Notes: generated by a model not told the origin, from the letters alone. DNA of 32,000 nt from Halogeometricum borinquense DSM 11551 (GCF_000172995.2 NC_014731.1:150001-182000); one strand, 5' to 3'. Counted from the first letter of the stretch, positions 8,006 through 14,336 are shown. A program made the numbers and translations.

Positions 8006-9118
8006 ATGAATCCCAGAGCGATCGACACGTCTCAGCGACCGTTCGTCCTCGTGTGGGAACTCACGCAGGCGTGCGAGTTAGCCTGCAAGCACTGTCGGGC
8101 CGACGCGAAACCGAATCGCCATCCGGACGAACTCACCACAGCGGAGGGACAGCAACTACTCGACGAGGCGGCCCAGTTCGGTGACGGGCAACTGGTCGTC
8201 CTCTCGGGTGGGGACCCACTTGCTCGGGAGGATGCCGCCGAACTCGTACAGTACGGAACCGACGCGGGTCTTCGAATGACGCTGACGCCGAGCGGAACGG
8301 CGTCCCTCACCCGTGACAGCATCGATGAACTAGCGGACGCGGGACTCCAGCGTGTTGCACTCAGTATCGACGGCGGATCCGCGGAGGCACACGACGCGTT
8401 CCGAAAAGAGAACGGGAGTTTCGATCAGACGGTCGCCGCGGCGGAGGCGGCGAAGTCGGCCGGGCTTCCGCTCCAAGTGAACACAACCGTGTGTGCGGAG
8501 ACGGTGGACGAACTCCCGAAGATACGCCAGTTGGTTGAGGATTTAGGTGCAGTACTCTGGTCTGTGTTCTTCCTCGTCCCAGTTGGACGCGGACGCGTCC
8601 TTGACCCTATCTCACCAGCACGCGCCGAGGGCGTGATGGAGTGGTTAAGCCACGTGGCCGATGAAGCACGGTTCGGAGTCAAAACGACCGAAGCCCCGCA
8701 CTACCGGCGCGTCGTCGCTCAGCGTGGAAGCGACTCGACTGACCGGCCGTCGGCGGACAGTATCGGTCGGCGGGCCGGAATCACCGCCGGCAACGGGTTC
8801 GCATTCGTCAGTCACATCGGCAAGGTGTACCCATCGGGCTTTCTGCCGCAATCAGCCGGAAACGTCCGAGAGCAAAGCGTCGTAGACATCTACCGGAATT
8901 CGGATTTATTCCGGTCGTTGCGCGATCCCGACGCACTCCGCGGTAAGTGCGGTGCGTGTGAGTTTCGGCATCTCTGCGGCGGGAGTCGATCACGGGCGTT
9001 CGCGTACACGCAAGACCCCTTGGAGTCGGACCCCCTCTGTGACTACGTCCCCGACGGGTACGAGGGCCAACTACCCGAACAGACGTTCACTGCACGAGAT
9101 GCATCGACCGCCGACTGA
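8006..9118 (+). CDS. Radical SAM/SPASM domain enzyme (AhbD/NirJ-like; probably the TIGR04053-type family)
   Basis: CELACKHC is the CxxxCxxC radical SAM cluster motif. Also present are the GGDPL glycine-rich SAM motif and a C-terminal Cys cluster GKCGACEFRHLCGGSRSRAF...PLCDY (SPASM). The start was trimmed to MNPRAID at 8006, because the longer ORF from 7811 overlaps the divergent gene and the operator. Confidence 0.85.
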   Translation: MNPRAIDTSQRPFVLVWELTQACELACKHCRADAKPNRHPDELTTAEGQQLLDEAAQFGDGQLVVLSGGDPLAREDAAELVQYGTDAGLRMTLTPSGTASLTRDSIDELADAGLQRVALSIDGGSAEAHDAFRKENGSFDQTVAAAEAAKSAGLPLQVNTTVCAETVDELPKIRQLVEDLGAVLWSVFFLVPVGRGRVLDPISPARAEGVMEWLSHVADEARFGVKTTEAPHYRRVVAQRGSDSTDRPSADSIGRRAGITAGNGFAFVSHIGKVYPSGFLPQSAGNVREQSVVDIYRNSDLFRSLRDPDALRGKCGACEFRHLCGGSRSRAFAYTQDPLESDPLCDYVPDGYEGQLPEQTFTARDASTAD

Positions 9119-9413
9119 ACGGTCCGCTGACGCACCCGCTGATTCGATTTCCGGAACCGAACTCGACATCGAGACAGCCCAAGAGACGATCCGCGCCAGT
9201 GGTGAGAGTATCAAACGGGACGAGTTGGAGCGTGCGTTCGCTACGCTCGAATCGGAGGGAGAACTCACGACCGAGCAACGGAGAATTGTCGAACGGATGG
9301 CGACAGAAATCGTAGACGAAATCCTCGCCGCCCCCGAATCGATGTTAGAGACTGACAAATCAGCGGACCGAACAGCGCAAACGGTAGTTGAACTGTTCAG
9401 CACCGACCGATAG
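9099..9413 (+). CDS. Small helical protein resembling the C-terminal dimerisation domain of glutamyl-tRNA reductase (HemA)
   Basis: 104 aa. LTTEQRRIVERMATEIVDEILAAPESMLE...AQTVVELF follows the HemA C-terminal pattern (LsxEQ...v..lt..ivnkllh.P...lk....LF). Its ATG lies 20 nt inside the radical SAM gene's 3-prime end. Confidence 0.55.
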   Translation: MHRPPTERSADAPADSISGTELDIETAQETIRASGESIKRDELERAFATLESEGELTTEQRRIVERMATEIVDEILAAPESMLETDKSADRTAQTVVELFSTDR

Positions 9414-9428
9414 ATCGAATCGGTCGGT
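9402..9428 (+). terminator. Strong hairpin spanning the stop codon of the 9099-9413 ORF
   Basis: accgaccgat / atcggtcggt form a perfect 10-bp stem with a 7-nt loop. The 3-prime arm can alternatively pair with 9433-9438 (gtcggt/accgac). Confidence 0.4.
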
Positions 9429-9513
9429 ACTGACCGACACCGAGAGGTACAGTCATCGAAGCGAATAGATTCATCACAAGCTTGAGGGAGACAACCGGTT
9501 ACGTTCAGATGTT

Positions 9514-10056
9514 ATGGAACGAGACGACCGATCGGTAAACCGTCGTACGATTCTCCGAGCGACTGGGGCGAGCGTCGTGGGCGTGGCGTTAGCTGGGTGT
9601 ACCGGAGGCGGAAACGGCAGTACCGAACAACCGGAGAACGAAGAAGACAGTTCGAGTACGAAAACTGCCGAAGACGAAAGCGGTGATGCGGCCGAATCGT
9701 CCGGTGGGTCGTCGGACTTCGGCGGATGGATGGACAACGTGAGTAACTTCGAGAGCGTCACCGACGCTACTGGAAAAGACAAAGTGACCGTGAAAGTAGG
9801 TGCCAAAGGAAACGGTGGTGCTTACGCGTTCGCCCCGCCTGCAATCCGAGTCTCAAGTGGGACGACCGTCGTCTGGGAATGGACCGGAAAGGGGAGCTTT
9901 CACAACGTCGCTGCCAAGGACGGGAGTTTCAAGAGCGAACAAGTCAATAAGAAAGGACACACCTTCGAACACACGTTCAAGGAGAGCGGAACGCACAAGT
10001 ACGCCTGCACGCCGCACGAGCCGATGGGCATGAAAGGCGTCGTCGTCGTCGAGTAA
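9514..10056 (+). CDS. Halocyanin (type-1 blue copper protein), Tat lipoprotein
   Basis: The signal is NRRTILRATGASVVGVALAGCTGG (twin-arginine plus lipobox), followed by an acidic linker. The cupredoxin ligands are H (FHNV) and C-x2-H-x4-M (YACTPHEPMGM). Confidence 0.9.
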   Translation: MERDDRSVNRRTILRATGASVVGVALAGCTGGGNGSTEQPENEEDSSSTKTAEDESGDAAESSGGSSDFGGWMDNVSNFESVTDATGKDKVTVKVGAKGNGGAYAFAPPAIRVSSGTTVVWEWTGKGSFHNVAAKDGSFKSEQVNKKGHTFEHTFKESGTHKYACTPHEPMGMKGVVVVE

Positions 10057-10103
10057 CCTCGGAAATCACGCTTCTATCGTTTTCTCAGTTCGGTGAAAGC
10101 ACG

Positions 10104-10430
10104 TCACTCAACGTATACGCGAGTGACATGACCACCGCACCCGCACTGCTGGATGTGTTCCCACGAGAGGTCGTCCCCGTAGGCTTCGTCCAACGCGTCG
10201 AAGAGGTACTCCGAAGGATGGCCGTGATCGCCGTGAGTGACGAGATTGACGTGGTTTCCGGGTTCCGTGTGCTCGATAGCGTCTATCGCCTGTGAGACGA
10301 CCAGATCAACGTCCACGGCGTGCTGCGGTTGTTCGAGGTTGGCCGACCACGAGTTATCGTGCGTGCGGTCGGTGACTGGTGTCGGTTCGTCGTGGCCGTG
10401 GTCCGAACTGTGAGATGAGTGCATCTTCAT
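10104..10430 (-). CDS. His-rich protein with a C-terminal CGCGG motif (candidate radical-SAM-modified protein)
   Basis: 108 aa from MKMHSSHSSDHGHDE, with internal THGDHGHPSEY and the C-terminus HIQQCGCGGHVTRVYVE. There is no signal peptide. The start was trimmed from the 193-aa ORF because the upstream part covers the operator pair and is not protein-like. Confidence 0.7.
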   Translation of the reverse strand: MKMHSSHSSDHGHDEPTPVTDRTHDNSWSANLEQPQHAVDVDLVVSQAIDAIEHTEPGNHVNLVTHGDHGHPSEYLFDALDEAYGDDLSWEHIQQCGCGGHVTRVYVE

Positions 10431-10466
10431 TTGAACGGACGCGACGAACGAGGAAAGAAACGCGGC

Positions 10467-10489
10467 CGAACATGTTCCGAACGTCTTCG
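10467..10489. promoter_or_regulatory. Two overlapping operator sites (CGAACATGTTCC and CGAACGTCTTCG)
   Basis: The sites are 10467-10478 and 10478-10489, sharing one base. They lie 37-59 nt upstream of the CGCGG-protein ATG, in the divergent region toward the membrane protein gene. Confidence 0.55.
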
Positions 10490-10622
10490 GGTGGAATCCT
10501 ACATTCGGCGAAGTCGAACGGTGAGACATGGCTGGCGTTCTGTTGAGAAACATGGCCGATGTACCGTCGAGAAACAGAAGGGACACCGAACGCATAGCGG
10601 GTGGAGACGGGTGACGGCAGCA

Positions 10623-11789
10623 ATGATTTCGCGGTGGTCCAGACGGTACGTACTCGTGAGTGCTGTGTTCCTCACAGGGTGGCAAGCGGGCGTCGTCGTC
10701 GGAATCCCGCGACGGACTGAGGTGGTTTTGGGACTATTCGGATTCGTCTTACACGTCATCTTCGGAAAGGCGTACTCGCTCGTTCCGACGTACTTCGATC
10801 GAACGGTGGCGTTTCCGTACGCGCCCGCCGTCCAGTTCCCGCTCGTTGCTGTCGGAACGGGCGGACTAGTCGCCTCATCGCTGGGTGTCGGACCGCCGTG
10901 GACCGGTGCGGCGGGTGCGATCCTGTGGTGTCTAGGTATCGGAACGTTTCTTTTTACCCTCGCTTGGACGATCCGAGAAAATCCGACCGGACGCGAAACG
11001 GCGACCGGCGACGCCAACGCTGAACGGCGGCCGGTAGACAGACTGGCAAACGGATTCGTCCCGGTCGCGCTGCTGTATCTACTCATTGGGGCGTACGAGA
11101 CGCTCGCGGTGTACACCGCTTTGCCACCCTTTCTCGACGGCTATCCGCCGCAGGTGACGCATTTACTTGCGGCGGGAACCGCTGGCGTGATGTTGTTTGC
11201 TCTTGGCTTCCGAATGCTCCCCCGATTTATGGTCGCCCACCCACCGCGCTGGCCCGTCGGTGTGGTTCTCTCTACGGGCGCAGTCGGCCCGGTGCTACTG
11301 GCCGCGGGACTCGGTAGCGGGTGGCTGTTTCAGCTCGGTGCGCTGGTCCAAGCCGTCGCCGTGGCCGGATTCGCCACCGCCGTCGGAACGCTGTACATCC
11401 GCTCTGATCGACGTCGCGTCGGATTCTACGGTGTCCTCGCCGGGGCTGGATTCGGCGTGCTCGCCATCACTCTCGGTCTCCTGTTCGCGTTCAGTAGGAT
11501 GTTGCCGTCACTCGTACGTGCGCATCTGCGTCTGAATCTCCTCGGGTTTCTCGGTCTCACTATCGTCGGCGTTACCTACCAGTTCTATCCGCCCGCTGTT
11601 GGAAATCTCCCGGGCGCGTCGAATCGAAGTGCTTTCTACTCGGTTATTGCACTCGCAGGCGGACTGCTCGCGCAACTCGTCGGTATCGGTGCGGGGGCCC
11701 CTCCACTAACGAACCTTGGCCACGTGCTGGCGTTGGGTGGGTCGCTCCTGTTTTTGTATCTAATCGTCGCCGCGTTGGATGCGAGGTGA
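10623..11789 (+). CDS. Polytopic integral membrane protein (about 12 TM by eye; possibly NnrS-like, unverified)
   Basis: 388 aa from MISRWSRRY, with about twelve hydrophobic segments. His residues sit at the starts of TM2 (HVIFG), TM6 (THLLAAG) and TM10 (AHLRLN). No soluble domain is visible. Confidence 0.65.
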   Translation: MISRWSRRYVLVSAVFLTGWQAGVVVGIPRRTEVVLGLFGFVLHVIFGKAYSLVPTYFDRTVAFPYAPAVQFPLVAVGTGGLVASSLGVGPPWTGAAGAILWCLGIGTFLFTLAWTIRENPTGRETATGDANAERRPVDRLANGFVPVALLYLLIGAYETLAVYTALPPFLDGYPPQVTHLLAAGTAGVMLFALGFRMLPRFMVAHPPRWPVGVVLSTGAVGPVLLAAGLGSGWLFQLGALVQAVAVAGFATAVGTLYIRSDRRRVGFYGVLAGAGFGVLAITLGLLFAFSRMLPSLVRAHLRLNLLGFLGLTIVGVTYQFYPPAVGNLPGASNRSAFYSVIALAGGLLAQLVGIGAGAPPLTNLGHVLALGGSLLFLYLIVAALDAR

Positions 11790-11794
11790 GATTC

Positions 11795-11806
11795 CGAACA
11801 CGTTCG
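11795..11806. promoter_or_regulatory. Perfect palindromic operator CGAACACGTTCG
   Basis: It is upstream of the multicopper oxidase gene and identical to the site at 7956-7967. Confidence 0.55.
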
Positions 11807-11864
11807 TCTGTCCGGAACACGAGTCGGGTGCCAAGAAAAACGAACAGCGACCGGAGACAGCGAG

Positions 11865-11874
11865 ATATATAAAG
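11865..11874 (+). promoter_or_regulatory. Putative TATA box for the multicopper oxidase operon
   Basis: atatataaag is the only strongly AT-rich element in the 11790-11962 intergenic region, about 90 nt upstream of the ATG. Confidence 0.35.
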
Positions 11875-11881
11875 AGGGTCA

Positions 11882-11893
11882 CGAACGTGTTCG
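11882..11893. promoter_or_regulatory. Perfect palindromic operator CGAACGTGTTCG
   Basis: It lies immediately downstream of the TATA-like element, a position compatible with repression. Confidence 0.55.
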
Positions 11894-11962
11894 CGCCGCT
11901 TTTCGGTCGGCAGGAACCGGCCTGACCCGCTATTTGTCGGGTCGTTTTATGCTCACCTGTTC

Positions 11963-13114
11963 ATGAGAGATCGCATTGGTGCCCCCGGAACGGGCCTCTC
12001 CCGACGAGAGTTCCTCGCAGCGACCAGCGGCCTGGGCACGGCCGCACTCGCCGGATGCCAAGCCCCGACGAACCAAGCGAGCGCGAAGGCCGCTCGACCC
12101 TCGACGACAGCCAACGGCGGCGATAGCAGTCTTCCGACAACCAGTCCACCGGAGGTCGTCAACGTTGACGAACAGGGCGGGAAGGTGACGCTGAAGACCC
12201 AGCCAGCCGTTCACGAGGCGCATCCACTCGACTCGATGGGCGGCCCGGTAAAACTACCGCGCGTGTGGGCGTTCCAAGCCGACGACCGCGACCCCTCCGT
12301 TCCCGGCCCCATAATCCGAACCACCGAAGGCGAGGAGATGGAGGTAACGCTGGACAATACGGACGGGAAGCGGCCGCATACGGTACACTTCCACGGTGCC
12401 CGGAAGGCGTGGAAAGACGACGGTGTCCCGACGACGACCGGGATTACGGTCTCACCCGGCGAGAAGCATACGTACACGATTCCGGCGAACGTGCCGGGGA
12501 CACACCTCTATCACTGCCACTTCCAGACGCATCGCCACATCGACATGGGGATGTACGGCATTTTCCGGGTCGATCCCAAGGGGTACGAACCAGCCGACAA
12601 GGAATACTTCATGACCGTCAAAGAGTGGGATTCACGTCTCAACCGTATGATGGCGGGCGAGGATGTGTCCTACTCGCCGCGGAACCGGACGCCGGACGTG
12701 TTCACAGTCAACGGAAAAGTTGCGCCGCGAACACTCCATCCAGAGGACGGGTCACCGCTTGTCGTCGAACACGGCGATTCAGTGCGAGTTCACTTCGTCA
12801 ACGGCGGCTACATGAGCCATCCGTTGCACATCCACAACCACCGCTTCCAGCGCGTGGAGAAAGACGGTGGAACAGTTCCGGAGGCTGCCCGCCACGAGAT
12901 GGACGTGACGAACGTCGCGCCTGCGGAGCGCCACACAGTCGAGTTCACCGCGGACGCCGATCCAGGGATCTACCTCATGCACTGCCACAAGGTCGAGCAC
13001 GTGATGAACGGGAACTTCTACCCCGGCGGAATGCTCACCGGGGTCGTCTACAAGGAAGCGATGAACACGGACATCTTCGACCAACTGATGCAGTACGCGG
13101 GATACGAGCAGTAA
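11963..13114 (+). CDS. Two-domain multicopper oxidase, Tat lipoprotein
   Basis: The signal is LSRREFLAATSGLGTAALAGCQ. Cu motifs are HTVHFHG, LYHCHFQTHRHIDMGM, HPLHIHNH and MHCHKVEH. At 383 aa it has two cupredoxin domains rather than three. Confidence 0.85.
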   Translation: MRDRIGAPGTGLSRREFLAATSGLGTAALAGCQAPTNQASAKAARPSTTANGGDSSLPTTSPPEVVNVDEQGGKVTLKTQPAVHEAHPLDSMGGPVKLPRVWAFQADDRDPSVPGPIIRTTEGEEMEVTLDNTDGKRPHTVHFHGARKAWKDDGVPTTTGITVSPGEKHTYTIPANVPGTHLYHCHFQTHRHIDMGMYGIFRVDPKGYEPADKEYFMTVKEWDSRLNRMMAGEDVSYSPRNRTPDVFTVNGKVAPRTLHPEDGSPLVVEHGDSVRVHFVNGGYMSHPLHIHNHRFQRVEKDGGTVPEAARHEMDVTNVAPAERHTVEFTADADPGIYLMHCHKVEHVMNGNFYPGGMLTGVVYKEAMNTDIFDQLMQYAGYEQ

Positions 13115-13123
13115 CCACGACGA

Positions 13124-13211
13124 GACAGAGCAGTAGCTACGACGTGACAGAGCAGTAGCTACGACGTGACAGAGCAGTAGCTACGACGTGACAGAGCAGT
13201 AGCTACGACGA
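13124..13211. repeat. 22-bp tandem repeat, 4 copies
   Basis: gacagagcagtagctacgacgt occurs at 13124, 13146, 13168 and 13190. A degenerate fifth copy (13101-13123) overlaps the oxidase stop codon. Each unit contains the 8-bp palindrome gtagctac. Confidence 0.92.
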
Positions 13212-13244
13212 GAAACGACACTAACGACGGCGAAATACAGAACG

Positions 13245-14336
13245 ATGACATCCGCAAGCAATCTCAGCATCAGTCGGCGAACAGTACTGCGCGGTGCCGC
13301 AGGTGCGGTCACGGCAGGAGTAGCCGCGGGGACGGCGGGAACCGCAACCGCACAATCCGGGGAGCCAAATTACAGCGACTGGTTCAAAAACACCAGCAAC
13401 TACGACAGCACCGTCGATAAAACGGGGAAAGACACCGTTACGATTACCGTCGGAGCAACGGGAAACGGCGGAAACTTCGCCTTCGGACCGGCTGCCGTTC
13501 GCGTTGATCCCGGGACAACCGTCGTCTGGAAGTGGAACGGCAAAGGCGGGTCCCACAACGTTGTCGCCAAAGACGGAAGTTTCAAAAGCGAGATGGTGGG
13601 CGAGACGGGTCATACCTTCGAGCAGACGTTCGAGAAAGAAGGGATCGTCAAGTACGCCTGTACACCGCACGAACCGATGGGGATGAAGGGAGCAGTAGTC
13701 GTTGGAAGTGCCGGTGACGGTGGGAACGATGGGAGCGAAAGCAGTGGAGATGATAGAAACGACGGAGATAGCGGAAACAGCGGAGACAGCGAAAACGACG
13801 GAGACGGAGCATCGGCAGAACAGGCCAGTGAACCCGAGTACGGCGACTGGTTTACCGACGTCTCGAACTTCGATGGGACAGTTGACCGAACCGGACAAAA
13901 CGAGATAACAGTTACTGTCGGAGCAACGGGGAACGGCGGAAACTTCGCCTTCGGTCCGGCCGCTGTCCGTGTTGACCCCGGCACCACCGTCGTCTGGGAG
14001 TGGAACGGCAAGGGGGGAACGCACAACGTCGCGGCTAAAGAGGGTAGTTTCGAGAGCGAAATGGTGGGCGAGACGGGCCACACCTTCGAACACACATTCG
14101 AGAAGTCCGGAGTCCACCGGTACGTCTGTGCCCCACACAAGACGATGGGAATGAAAGGTGCAGTCGTCGTTGGTGATGGCGGCGGGGCGGGTTCAGGTTC
14201 GAGCAATAATGCAGAAAGCACCGTGGATGACACACTCACTATCGCTGGCGGGGTTGGTCTAGTCGGTGCGCTGTTAGCCATGTTTGCGTTTGGATCACGG
14301 AGCAAGGCGAATAACCGTCGGGAGACAGGTCGCTAA
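13245..14336 (+). CDS. Tandem double-domain halocyanin with a Tat signal and a C-terminal TM anchor
   Basis: The signal is SRRTVLRGAAGAVTAGVAAG. There are two cupredoxin domains (SHNV...YACTPHEPMGM and THNV...YVCAPHKTMGM) joined by an acidic GD/SG linker. The C-terminal hydrophobic helix IAGGVGLVGALLAMFAFG is followed by basic residues. Confidence 0.88.
   Translation: MTSASNLSISRRTVLRGAAGAVTAGVAAGTAGTATAQSGEPNYSDWFKNTSNYDSTVDKTGKDTVTITVGATGNGGNFAFGPAAVRVDPGTTVVWKWNGKGGSHNVVAKDGSFKSEMVGETGHTFEQTFEKEGIVKYACTPHEPMGMKGAVVVGSAGDGGNDGSESSGDDRNDGDSGNSGDSENDGDGASAEQASEPEYGDWFTDVSNFDGTVDRTGQNEITVTVGATGNGGNFAFGPAAVRVDPGTTVVWEWNGKGGTHNVAAKEGSFESEMVGETGHTFEHTFEKSGVHRYVCAPHKTMGMKGAVVVGDGGGAGSGSSNNAESTVDDTLTIAGGVGLVGALLAMFAFGSRSKANNRRETGR
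13377..14173 (+). repeat. Intragenic duplication (two 329-bp copies, offset 468 bp) encoding the two cupredoxin domains
   Basis: Copies at 13377-13705 and 13845-14173 align without indels and share long identical runs (gtcggagcaacggg, aacggcggaaacttcgccttcgg, accgtcgtctgg, atggtgggcgagacggg). Confidence 0.85.

Noticed and set aside
8006-9118. Calling the radical SAM enzyme NirJ (heme d1 biosynthesis) because it sits in a nitrite-reductase cluster
   Set aside because: The nitrite reductase here is the copper type (NirK), which needs no heme d1, and no nirS or other nirDLGH/ahb genes are visible. The similarity to NirJ/AhbD reflects a shared fold and family only.
13221-14138. Long antisense or out-of-frame ORFs throughout the window, e.g. 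13221-14138(-), 13610-14305(-), 12265-13158(+), 27520-28503(-), 27224-28042(-), 28305-29030(-), 3726-4400(+), 10499-11116(-), 21308-21949(+)
   Set aside because: They lie opposite or out of frame to ORFs with clear family motifs. They are Arg/Ser/Pro/Thr-rich instead of acidic and have no recognisable domains. Long spurious ORFs like these are expected in GC-rich DNA.
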